Positions 49,259 to 61,354 of a stretch of 64,000 nucleotides of DNA are shown one piece after another. The position numbers were made by a program, and so were the translations under genes. The stretch lies in assembly GCA_003427395.1 (NCBI GenBank), contig BFEA01000029.1, forward strand, positions 1,361,617-1,425,616, given 5' to 3'. The notes under the pieces were generated by a model, which made no database searches, had not been told where the DNA came from, and was given only the letters and a program-made list of their open reading frames with translations. How positions within the stretch are numbered: the stretch's first letter is position 1; every line of letters starts with the position of its first letter. The stretch is from Chara braunii. Lineage: Eukaryota > Plantae > Charophyceae.

Positions 49259-49898
49259 AAACCAGGGGAAAAAACAAAAAAAATCAGCGTTGTTCTTGTA
49301 TGCAGTTTGTGTCAGCTTTGTGGGTGGGAGAACTGGCTTTCTGGGAAGGCAACAAAATGGTGGTGGTGGTTTGTGGAAAGGCTCTAAATGATATTCCAGG
49401 TAATCAACAATGGGCATGCCACTGTGTGAAGTGGTGGTTTGTGGAAAGGCTCTAAATGATATTCCAGGTAATCAACAATGGGCATGCCACTGTGTGAAGT
49501 GGTGGCGGTTTAAACTAGCGCTCTTTCTGAGGGCAAACAATTGGGGGGACCAGTAGCACAGGTTCATTAGAATTTACAGGGAGCAGAGTGTGGAAAACCG
49601 ACAGTGGCAAAAATTAAATTGAAAATGTGTTGAATTGCATCCTCGATTCACTTCGGGGTTTAAGCGATCTTTTTAAATTTCAAGATGTCTTTTCCTGGAA
49701 AGATCACGAGCAAATCTATGAACCCTCCGATTTTCAAAGTCTTTAACTCGTTCCTTGGAGCGCGAAAAATCACCAAGGTTGGAGTATTTTTCGTGATATG
49801 TTTACTGGAAAGATGACGACTGAATTTACGGATGATCGAATTTTTATAATTTCTGTGATTTTTCTGAGTGCAAAAAAGCACCGAAGTTGTTGCATTAA

Positions 49899-50239
49899 AT
49901 CACCAGTACTTGGCCCAGCTATTGATGCCGAGCCTGGAATGCCCCTGCGCGCCAACCAGTACCTCGGCGAGCCAAAAAAAAAAAGGTGCGGCCATTAACG
50001 CGCCGCGACTTTAGGGGGGTCGGGGCAGGCTTGGTAGCACGATGGAGAAAAAGCAGTCCGGCCCAAGGAAAAGGGGCAAGTGGATTGTAGGCTGTCCGTG
50101 TCGTTTATGGCGAGCATGTTTCCACATGCACGCACACAGCACAATCAAGAGAATAGAAAGAAAAAAATGAAAACAGGGAAAAAAAAAAAAAAAAGTACCC
50201 GCCACTTGGCAGGCAACAAAAACGGCCCTCGTGTGGTAG
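49899..50239. mobile_element. TTAA-family MITE (right end degenerate)
   Basis: TTAA|ATCACCAGTACTTGGCCCAGCTATTGATGCCGAGCCTGGAATG matches 8902. The right boundary is tentative. Confidence 0.65.
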
Positions 50240-50679
50240 TTAAGGGCCATGCTCCACAACTCTCCAAATATGCAAAACGACAAGGCTGAATCTTCCATCG
50301 GAATATGGATAGATACATGTCTTTGTACATGTGGAGAGTACAGCCTGACAAATCCTTCTTCTTTGGCCTTGGCTCCACTAGTCTCCACATGCACGAAAGA
50401 AAGAACGCCATGGTGATGTATCTTTCAGTGTTCAAGGGGAGTAGGAGGATTCAGAGCACATTTTTCGCGGTCCCACTTTCAGTCTCCACTTGAACTCAAG
50501 TGGGACGCGAAAAATCAAAATCATCGTTCCACCCCGCCCTGGGGAAATGCTTTTTTGTTTTCACATTTTGCATCTCAAGTGCCCGCTCTTGAAACTCGAG
50601 TGCAGCCCAGGCAAAATCGCACTCGAGTTCAAGTCACCTCCCGGAGGCACTTGAAGTACATCTCTTACGAGGAGTTTCT

Positions 50680-50715
50680 TTCATATGTCAAGGCTGGTGA
50701 GGTTTTGCGCGTTGT

Positions 50716-50748
<33 letters not shown>

Positions 50749-50750
50749 AG

Positions 50751-50802
<52 letters not shown>

Positions 50803-50832
50803 AGTGTTTAACACGTTAGCTAGGTCCCTCAT
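50680..50832 (-). pseudogene. Mitochondrial-type SSU rRNA fragment (probable NUMT)
   Basis: Universal CCGTCAATTCCTTTGAGTTT and AATTAAACCACATGCTCCACCGCTTGTGCAGGCCCC. The context GGTTTTGCGCGTTGTATCG resembles plant mitochondrial 18S. Only ~150 bp. Confidence 0.85.
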
Positions 50833-51424
50833 CGAATCGCCCCCAAACCCTTGGGTTTCAGCTGCGGGTGCAGGGTTTTTTCTTTTTCTTTTTCTTTTAC
50901 GCCCCGCGTTCCTGGGTCACGGCATGTCCTTTTTGCGGTCCAGTGAGCAACGGCTACCGGTGGCGGTACCGGGTGCCACTGTTGAGGCGGACATATTCAA
51001 GGCCGGGTGCCGGCCTGCTGGATCGAAAACCCGCCGGTGGGTCTCCTCACAAGGGGGAGCCAGGGTGGTTCGGTCTCTAGTGTGCACGGAAAGAGGAGGC
51101 GGCGTAGTGTAAATTAATCAAGATTTCGCGATTAGGGCACACTTGAAACTCAGAGTTCTCAAGTGGTGTGGAACGAGGCTCTCAGTCTCATTGTGCACAT
51201 TGGCTTGGCCCTTTAGTTTCCCTCGCTTGCAAAATGAGACTGAATCGTCCACTACAACACGGAAAGATACATTGCCATATTTGGAGAGGGGTGAAGCAAC
51301 GCCCACACTTTTCCTTTTTTTAGTTTTTTATTTTATTTTAGCAAGAACTATCTTCGCCGTTTCTGACGTGACACCCCGTGAGAGAAGGGGAGCAGTCAAC
51401 TGAAAACTGTCATTTCACGGTTTT

Positions 51425-51458
<34 letters not shown>

Positions 51459-52079
51459 TATTATTTTTATTTATTATTATTTTTTTAATTATTTTTTTTT
51501 TATTTTATATTAACTACAATGTGCCATCTATTCTGAGGGGCAGTGTCCGTTTGCTTATCACTGGAAGTGCTCTTTCTTTTGTTTTGTTTTTACGAGGACT
51601 GCTCTCTCCAGAATGTATCTGACTGCACTTGTGGCCACGCCCAGAATGTATCTGACTGCACTTGTGGAAAACGGCAGGCGGTACCGGTGCCAGTCCACAA
51701 AATACCTAAGCTGGTTCCCGCCCCCTCCAGGCTCGGCAGCCCTTGGCGCGCAGGCAAAGAGGAGGGCCGGGCCTTAACAACCGGATTTAAATTGGGGGAT
51801 TCCCTCAAAACTTGCCCCAACAAGGGGGGAGGGCTATTTCCTGGTGACGAAGGGAGTGGTGGTTTAACGTGCAATTTATGTCCTTTCACTTCAGTTTCAC
51901 AGAATGACTGTTGCAATTTGCGAATGTGGATTTTTTCAATTTTTCTGTTGGACATAGACAAGTTGGTAGTTCTGACGATATAGCGGACAGATGAATGCAT
52001 TGAATCTGAATTATGATTTTGGTCAACTAGAAGTAGATGAATGCAAAGGGTGACCGTCAGAAAGAACAAGCACAACTAT

Positions 52080-52165
52080 GCCCTCCTTGGAAACATCCGT
52101 TAAAATTGAGAAGATTAGCATGGCCCTTGCACAAGGGTGACACGCATAAATCGAGAAATAGTCCA
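52080..52165 (+). pseudogene. U6: U6 snRNA copy with internal deletion
   Basis: ACATCCGTTAAAATT[deletion]GAGAAGATTAGCATGGCCCTTGCACAAGGGTGACACGCATAAATCGAGAAATAGTCCA; the ACAGAGA box is lost. Confidence 0.9.
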
Positions 52166-52196
52166 GTTCTTTTTCTCTACTGTGATTAAAGAGTAA

Positions 52197-52699
52197 GGGT
52201 CAGATCCCACCTCTATTCTTTTTGGAAAGACACGAAAAAGAACGGTTTTGTAGGGCCCGTTCCGGCCGGACCGTAAAAGAGAAATGGGATCCCACCAGTC
52301 CACGATATTCGGTTCTTTTTCAGGATTTGCGCCGGAAATGTATGGGCGTGACAAGAGACCTACTTCCCGAAGTTGGTCCACCCGGACAATTGGTCGGGTG
52401 TTGTGCGGCCTGTCGAACAACGTTGTGGCCAAGCGGACGTTCCAAGTGCCTCTTGCGGACATGTACAAAAAAAAAAAAAGAAAAGGAAAACTCCGCCTTC
52501 TTTTTCGGGGAAAAGATGGGGTCGTCTTCCTGTGCGTTTTCAAAAGAACTTTCTGGCCTGCAAACGCGGCCGGCTCGACACGTCCACTTCCATTTCCACA
52601 TCCGCGAGAAAAGAGGGCCCTCTCCGCCTCACGCGGAAAGAGGTGGGATCCCAAAAAAGGCCGTTTCTCGCCAAAAAGAATAGAGGTGGGATCTGATTC
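52197..52699. mobile_element. PIF/Harbinger (Tourist-like) MITE, TAA TSD
   Basis: TAA|GGGTCAGATCCCACCTCTATTCTTTTTGG ... CCAAAAAGAATAGAGGTGGGATCTGATTC|TAA, with a 26-bp perfect TIR core. Confidence 0.85.
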
Positions 52700-53350
52700 T
52701 AAGATGGGTCTCGCGTGACGCCCCGGCGAGGCCCGACTTGGTGTTGGGAAAGCGTTCGGGAACGCCGGGGGCATGGGCCCAGCAGAAACCGGCAGTTGCG
52801 CTGCAGCCTTTTTTTTCGCACCTCTACTCTTGCGTTTCCCCCGGTTTTTTTTTTTCACATTCTCGTGTGCTGGGTTTGGCATGGCGATGCGCTTAGGAGG
52901 GACTGCGGTGCAACGCGACGGGGAAGCTGAAATGTTCTGTCGCGGGGCTGGCGGTTTTCGGGTTCGATAGGGCTGAAGGATCCGTGCGCGGTTGGGTTTG
53001 TAGCGGCTCGGATGACGACAAACAGGGCAAGCAGGGGGAAGATGACAAGTGGGAGGAGGAGCGGCGAATGGGAGGAAGAGTGGCAGGAGCGTCATGGGGA
53101 GAGGGAAGACGAATAGGCAGGCAGAGCGAGATGGGGAGGTGGAAGGCGAGTAGAAGGAGGAGCCGCTTACATGAAACACGAAAAAAGTATGGAGAGATAC
53201 ACGGGCATTCTGAATGGAAGGGGGACAAGTGGTGTTCTTTCAATTCAGGCATGCGTGCTTGTACCGGCCCATGTTCTGGTTTAAATTCAGTCTCAATTTT
53301 CATCTTTGTTGAGCAGTCCTGCTCCGATATTTCTGTAGCAATCCCAACTT

Positions 53351-53435
<85 letters not shown>

Positions 53436-53512
53436 GTTTGTGCCAATCCCGCACCGACATTTCTGTAGCGATCTCTCTCTGCCAATCTTGCACTAACATA
53501 TCTGTAGATCCC

Positions 53513-53565
<53 letters not shown>

Positions 53566-53667
53566 GATATCTCTCTCTCTCTCTCTCTTTTGATCTTGAT
53601 ATCTCTCTAGATATCTCTATCCACTCTCTCTCTCGATATCTCTATCCACTCTCTCNNNNNNNNNNNN

Positions 53668-53748
<81 letters not shown>

Positions 53749-55847
53749 TGCGTGCGTGTGCGTGTGCGTGTGCGTGTGCGAGGGGAGGTTGTACAGGCGC
53801 GATAGGAGCGGAAGGAGGAAATGAGGCCGGAAAACAGGAAGTGAACAAAATATTGCCATGTACCTCCCGATGTTCCAGCGGAAGATCCGCTCCATTTTGC
53901 ACGGGAGGAGGGGTGGGATGATGAGTGGGAGGAGGGGAAGGAGGAGGACGGGGAGGACCACGAGCAGGAAGACAAAAAAAATATGGTCGTGTATCTCCCG
54001 ATGTTCCATGGCAAGAATCATTCTTGTTTGTACAGGAGCACCGGGAGGAGGAGCGGCGGGATGGTGGATGGGAGGAGGGGAAGGAGGGGAGTGGTGAGGA
54101 CGACTAACAGGAAAACAAAAAAATATGGTCGTGTATCTCCTCACGTTCACGGGAAAGAGTCATTCCATTGTGCAAGGGATGAGGAGCGGGAGGAGGGTGG
54201 CATGACAAGTGGGAGGAGGGGAAGGAGGGCAAGGGGGAGGACGCGAGTGGAAAGAAGCGGACGGCGAACGGGAGGAAGAGGCAGGGGCGCTATGACGAGA
54301 GATGGGATGACGAGGAGAGGAGGAGAGGAAAGAGAAGAAAGGGAGAACTACGAACCACGAGGGGGAATGCAAAGGAGGACGGCGAAGGGGATGAGGGGGA
54401 GAAGGCAGTGGGCGAACGGGAATAGTTGCAGGAGGAGCAAGACGAGGAGGGGGAAGACGGTGGGTCGAGGGACAAGGAGTGGGAACAAGACAAGTAAGAG
54501 GAAGAAGGGGAGGAGGACGAACGTAATGAGTGGCAGACGTCGGACATTTTTGGGGAGAGAGGTTGGGGGAAGGAAGAGATGTGCTGCAGGTCCCTTCATT
54601 TCCCTCTTAGTCTCTCCTCCATCGTTTTCGCTCACCCTCTCTGTTGGGCTGCGAGTGGGAGCACACCCTGTCTGGGAGCTAGACAATTGCGAATAGGAAA
54701 GGGTGGAGGAGGGGCAGAGCAGGAGAAGGAACAGGAGGGGAGGGGCAGACGGAGGGGCAGAACAGGAGGATGAACGCAGAGCAGGAGGGCGAACTGAAGG
54801 AGGGCAGATTGAGGGGCAGATCAGAAGGATGAATGGGAAGGAGGGGTAGATATTGGCATTTTTTTTCCTCTCTTTTTCTTTGGGAGAGAGACGGGAAGTA
54901 GGAAAAGGTGTCGCGGGCCCCACCATTTCCCTCTTCATGTCTCCTTCATCGTTTTCTCTCATCCTCTCTATTGGGCCGCGGCGGGTTTGACTTGTTGTAT
55001 TAAAGGAAAAGGGCACAAATGTCCATTAGTACTTTTATAACCAATCAGTGAAAGGAGTACTCGGTTGATGAACTTCTCGCCTCTTAAAAAGAAAGAATGT
55101 GATCTTCTGCTTTTTTCTGTTTTGTTTTGTTAAAAGGGCAACGACTTTGAGATATCAAGCTCGGTCCTACTGTTAGTTGAGCCCCACTGGTGGCCCCAAC
55201 GCTGCACCCTAATCCACTGGGGTTAGGGGCAACATGCAATCCTTTCATTAAGAGATAGCTATACTTGCAGGGGTCTCCTGTGGTAGGTAGTGCAAGGTGA
55301 ATTGAAAGAACAACAAAAAGAAGAGGGAAGAAAGAAACAGAGGATATCATCATTGAGATGACCCACCCCCCGGCAATTTAGAAAGATAATTCAAAGATTT
55401 TATTTCGCTCATAAGTCTTCTTGAAAAGTAAGCAGAGCCTTCAAATTTGGGGGGTCCCAAGCGTACGGCGCTAGAGGGTGTTTCTGAGGGTTTTGGCACC
55501 CGAATATGGTGTTCTAGGAATACAGCAAGAGTTCGTGGTTATTAGCCCTTAAACCACCAGTACCTGGCCCAGCTATCGAGTCCGAGCCTCGGCCAACCGG
55601 TACGCCGAACCGTGCCGAGGCTCGGACTACAGGGCGCAGGCATCCCGAACGTCCATGCGAAACGGACGAGAAAAACGGGAAAAAAAACAACCAAAAAAAA
55701 CAAAGAAATAAGAAAAATAAAATGAAGCGCTTTGGAAAGCCAAAGCCGGAATGAATCTTCCCATTTTCGTGGAAAGAATCATTCCCTCTTTGCGATTTGA
55801 AAGTGGCAGGCAGAGAGAGAGAGAGAGAGAGAGGGGGGCGGCGGGCG

Positions 55848-55928
<81 letters not shown>

Positions 55929-56572
55929 ACAGGGGATTCGTGAAAACCTCACAATCGGAGAAAACCTAACAATTCATTATAGGATGTCTTGCAACATATT
56001 TTGCCTTTCTTTGTCGTTAGAGCGAGCGATTTATTCAGCTACTCTACAACAAGGGATACCGAAAACAACGAAAATCCGTAGCTTTCGTGAGGAGAATGTT
56101 AACCTTGAGCAAGAAATTAGTCCGCAGACGTTAATTTTAGCGGGGCAAGTTCGGAGGGGAAAAGTTCACGGGAAAACACAGTGCCCAACGCCCAACGAAA
56201 TTTCAAGCAATGCAAAATTACACCGAGTTCCAAGAAACCGCAGACTTTTCCCTGTTTCATTTATAGTCCTATAAATGAAAGTCATTAAGGAAGAAAATTT
56301 GGAAAATACATGCTTCCAAAAAAGACTGTCACAGGCTTGCCAAATGCAGAAGAAAAAAAACTGTTGGGAGGAACATCTCCAAACACTGCCAACAAGAGTC
56401 AGCGAACTCGACACATCAATCTTCAAGTTTATAGTCCTATAACGCGTAGCTTGACATAACCCGACAAAATGGGGTTTCTGGCCGCGTTTTTTCGAGACAT
56501 TCGAGAACGTACAAAAATAATATTACCCCAACGACTCTGAAAATGCGAGACTCCACAAGACTTACGAGAAAC

Positions 56573-57185
56573 CAAATCTCCAATTTCAATTATAGTCCTA
56601 TAAGTTCAACATCGGGACTACCCTGGAAAACCCGTACCCTGAACTGCCTACAATACAGAGACCGAATNNNNNCAAATCTCCAATTTCAATTATAGTCCTA
56701 TAAGTTCAACAGCGGGACTACCCTGGAAAACCCGTACCCTGAACTGCATACAATACAGAGACCGAATATGATTTGCCAGAAACCAAATCTCCAATTTCAA
56801 TTATAGTCCTATAAGTTCAACAGCAGGACTACCCTAGAAAACCCGTACCCTGAACTGCTTACACTGCAGAGACCGAAATTTGGTTGACTTTGAACGTTTA
56901 GAAAGATTTTTCACATTTGAGACTCCGCAAGACAAAAGGGAAAACGAATTCCGTAATTCTACTGTAGTCCTATAAATTCGAACCTGGGACTACTTCGAAA
57001 AAACTCGTACTCTAAACTACTTAACATACAAGACCGGACAAGACGCATCAGAAACAACTTTCCCGAAAAGACTTGTAGATGTTGACCCCAGAAGACACAG
57101 GAGAAAACAAATTCCCAATTTCAATTATAGTCCTATAAGTTCAGAATTCTAAATTGCTTACAATACAAGAGCCAACAAGACGAAG
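56573..57185. repeat. ~100-170-bp repeats downstream of the transposase
   Basis: CAAATCTCCAATTTCAATTATAGTCCTATAAGTTCAAC...GAGACCGAA at 56573, 56673 and 56784, with diverged copies at ~56945 and ~57110. Confidence 0.9.
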
Positions 57186-57272
57186 GACAAACAACTTTCC
57201 CTGTACAGTGCTGCGGCCTATGCCCTTTGGAGAGGACCAGCTCAACAGGAGGACATGTCGAAGGTCTTCGAG

Positions 57273-58893
57273 CTACACCTTTACAAGCGCACCAGCCTCT
57301 TCTTCGCCGTCTCTAATGTCAACGAAAATCGAAGCGTTTAACATTTCGCAGATCTTTTTCCTTGTGGCAGCGAACAGAGTGTTGTCTGCCTTCAGAGTAA
57401 AGTTGTAACACAGAATGCCACAACTCCAATCAAAAATGTCTTCAGTAACACAGAATGCCACAACTCCAATCAAAAATGTCTTTAGCGACCTCACGTCCAG
57501 ACTTTCCTCTCGCAGTCGGCTTGTAGAACGGTAAGTACGCTTCTCCTTTTTCCTTTTGAGCATACCAAGCAACCTTGAAACGCTCTTCTAGAAGTAACTC
57601 CACAACCTTGCCTACGTGGTAGGGTTTGTCTCGTTCCTCCTCATCAAGGAAGGCTCGAAGTGCAATGAACTTCCCGATCTCCAAGTCCTCGTAGCGTCCC
57701 TTTCTTTCCATTCTGTACTGTTTGGTCTTCCGCGCACCAACATACACTGGTCTTTCTTGTGGAAAGAGGTGAGCCAAATTCCGAGAAATCTCATCTTCAT
57801 CCAGAGGCTTCGCGCTGTCCTCGCAAGGCCCTTCCGACGGCACTGTCGGCCAGAAGAAAGGAACCTTCAGGCTCCTGTCATTGAAATCCGTATTTTTCTG
57901 ACATTCGATGAAATGTTTCCACCAAATGACGTTATCGGGTTGAATGTATCTGAAGAATGCATCGAGATTAGCGTTCAATGCATTAATTAACAGAGTGCGT
58001 TGTACACATTCTTCACCGTCCCCTTCCAGCCCCGTACCATCCACTTCTTCTTTGTCACAAGCTGGCCTCAACCGACCTTCCAAAGACCGTATCGAATATC
58101 GAGGAGCAGCCAAAATCTCGCTTGTTGGCTTTGAATGAAAGAGATTCAAACCTTCGGTGTCGTTCGGCTGCCAAAGCGAATTGTGGTACTGCTTGCTCCA
58201 GAGCGGTACTTCTCCTCCGTAATTTTTTTTGATCCTGAAATGCTGGTTGAAACTGATGTCGTTCACCTTCAACAAATGTGGTTCTACAAACTCCTTCCAA
58301 TCGTAAGTCTCGATCATCCGCTCAAGAACTACTGCCTTTCCGACTTCGTCTGTGTACGATTCGCGAATCACGTGTTCAAGTTCAAGAAGATCAAAAACAC
58401 TCTGCAAATTGAGCCTGCGAGAGAAATAACTAAACATCTGATCGATATCCTCGTGAGTATGTCCGACGAGAAGAAAGCTTAACTTCACCTTTGCGAAAAT
58501 GTTCATTTTGACAAGGTAGAACAAATACGAAAGTACGTATTTGTTGTTGTTTTCTTTCGTTGTGTTGTCCAGATTGAGATAGAGAACTCGTGGGAAGGGT
58601 GTCGGAAGTTCGCAAATTCTTCGATGTAGCACAGTAAGCATGCAGTTCGAATCTGACTTGAAGTTGTCAAAAAAGAGTGTCGCAGATGCTTTTGTCGCGA
58701 TACCTAACACCTTCGCACCGACGACGTGCACCTTAACAAAGCTTTCTTCTTTGACTCTGGAATCCTTCGGCAATCTGTGGAAGTGCGGTAAAAGGGTCTT
58801 GCTCTGGTCCATTCCGTCAATAATTAAACAGACGTACTCCCCGGATTCGTTAGAAGCCTTGTGACGGTGCTTCGTCAACGCTCTCTCGTATGT
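57273..58893 (-). pseudogene. Transposase catalytic exon (RNase H-fold, DUF7869/Sola1-like) with C-terminal Tudor/SH3-like domain
   Basis: Motifs CLIIDGMDQ, LYLNLDNTTKENNN and FLLVGHTHEDIDQMFS. Acceptor cag|ACA at 58893. A 40-bp duplication at 57405-57482 frameshifts the C-terminus. Confidence 0.85.
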
Positions 58894-60220
58894 CTGTGTT
58901 CACAAGTAGGGCAAAGAGCAAGGTCAGCAAACACGTGAAAGACTCAAGGATACCTGAATTACTGCTTCCAGTCAACAACCCCGCACGTGTTGGCCGGGGA
59001 TAAATTTATAGGGCTATAAATCAGCAAGAGCCTCATTCAAATCCTATTTTTTAAATCAAGCCTGTTGCAACGACACAAATCCAACAAAACGCCAATTCTG
59101 TGGCAAATGTTGAAGAACAAATTTGTAGAACTTACAAGCAAAAGCTGAAACTCCAAGAAACGAATTGTTAGAACTAAAAAACATTCCGACTTAACCGTCC
59201 ATATGATTTTGCTTTTACTCAAACCTAATAAAACTCCCCGAGACGAATCAAAGAACTACAAAAGTATTACGTTTCAGCCGTCCAAACGTTTTTGCCTTTA
59301 ACTTAATTCGGATACAACGTTCCAATTACACGAATTTGTTGGAGTCGTTCGAGTTCAAACTCTTTAAAACGTGTTTTTTGAACTGTAACGACCGTGCAAT
59401 CCTGTTGCAACGACTCAATTCCAGCAAGAATCAACTCAGAGGATTTGTAGAACTGCAAAAAGAAATCCAACTCAGCTGTTCCGACTCTTTTCCGACTCCG
59501 GCAATGAACAATTGTCAGGACGACGCACCGACTTTGTAAACAGGTGAACACAAGCCTCTTTAGAATGACAGCAGCACGTTTGGCGAGAAGATCGGAAGAA
59601 CGCAGATAAAGAACACTTTCAACTACTAATAGGTTTAAAGTACTTTACACACCACTAAAGTACCGTCTTCTACCAGAATAAAAGCTGAAACTCCGTGAAA
59701 CGAGTTTATAGAACTATAAAAGCATTTCGACTCAGTCGTCCAGAGTTTACAGAATTATAACAATACTCGGACCCGGCCGTGCAAATGTCTCAGTACTTTA
59801 CACACCACTCTCGTACCATCTTGTAGCAGAATAAAAATTGAAACTCCAAGAAACGAGTTTATAGAACTATAAAAGCATTTCGACTCAGCCGTCCAGAGTT
59901 TACATCCCATCTTGTACCAGAATAAAAGCTGAAACTCCACGAAACGAGTTTATCGAACTATAAAAGCATTTCGACTCAGCCGTCCAGAGTTTAGAGAATT
60001 CTAACAGTACTTATCCCCGGTCGTGCAAATGTCTTTTCCTTAAGTAAGTCTGAACTCCAACAATGATTAACTGTCAAGACGACGCACCGACATTGTAAAC
60101 AGGTGAACAAAACCCTCTTTAGAATAACAACATCACGGTTGCAGAGAAGATCTGAAGAACACAAACAGAAAATTTTCGGCCAGTGACAGGTTTATAACAT
60201 TATACACACCACTCTCGTAC

Positions 60221-61354
60221 CAGTTTGTGCCAGATTTGTAGTGGCTTATCTTTCTCGATGCGGTTGTTTGCATTCGCACGGCTTGCCTTGAACGACAGAC
60301 ATTGAGCGCAGACTGAAAATCTATTCAACGAGGGAATCACAACTTTTGGACAGTGATTTGTCCAAATGTTCAGGAAATGTTTAACAGAAGGAACTTTGTT
60401 CGGAGAAAATTGGGAACCGCATTCTCTTAAGAAGAGATCGTAGACGTCCTTGCGCAACAGAGTGTCTGAGAGATGAAATTGATCGTTGTTCGGCATACTT
60501 TCCGTGTTTAAGCGGAAATAATTCTGCAACTAAGCCAACACTTTCCCTGTACTCACCGAGTGTTTGGAAGAACCTTTGTTCTTGTGTTCGTAAGTTCGGA
60601 CGCCATCCAAGAACGTGCGTCGAACAACAGCCGTGCGCCACGTCGAACATGCGTACAACATACCCCAGGCTCGTGTACAAACTCTCATCTTCTTGAACGT
60701 CACTCTTAATTTCAAAAGTTCGTCAGTGTCTGAGAAGTACGAAGCTTCCCTCGTCTGCTCAAGGAGGAAGTTCACTTGTTCTGGCTGCTTCAAGGACCAA
60801 AACATTTCGCGCACGTTGAATATGTCGTGGATGAAGAACTTCTTCACACATTGGCTGTTGCAACACTTTTGCTTGACTATCTCTTCGATGTTTCCCAAGC
60901 TCGTGTTCAACTTTGCCTTCTTGTTCTACACGCGTGTGCTCTTCTTTCTTTTGCCTAAGTTGTAAGGAGCTTTCTCCTCGGCCGGTGTTGCGCTGAAGAT
61001 ACCTCTTCTAACTTCCTGAGATAACATCTCTTACGCTTTCTCGAGCTCGTCTGTGGACGAACTCTTACCAAATGTGTCGCTAGCGCTTTCCGCTAGCCAT
61101 TCTGAAGACCGCTTGTGACGTTGATGCCTGTCACGCGCAAAAGATGTTACACGACGGATGCCATGAACGCTGCTACTTCCCTTACAACGTTTTCGCCTAC
61201 CTTCAGAAACAAGAAGATCTGGCGGCAAATAGAGCTCGGATTCGACATCGCTGAGAATAAAAGGCACTGCTTCACTTAGTCCTTGCACTTCTTGACTACA
61301 GCCGGCGTCAGGGCCACCTACATAATCCAGTGAGTTGTTGCAAGGAACGTCCAT
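60221..61354 (-). pseudogene. Transposase N-terminal exon with three in-frame stops
   Basis: ORFs 61031-61354, 60530-60910 and 60200-60529 share one frame. Cys motifs CCNSQC..FW.L..Q..FL, VC..AW..Y and FSVCAQC are typical of Sola1-like N-termini. Candidate donor CTG|gtacga. Confidence 0.75.

Noticed and set aside
52115-55016. Long ORFs of 354, 237 and 222 aa
   Set aside because: They run through a U6 copy, a MITE and GA-rich low-complexity DNA and show no protein motifs.
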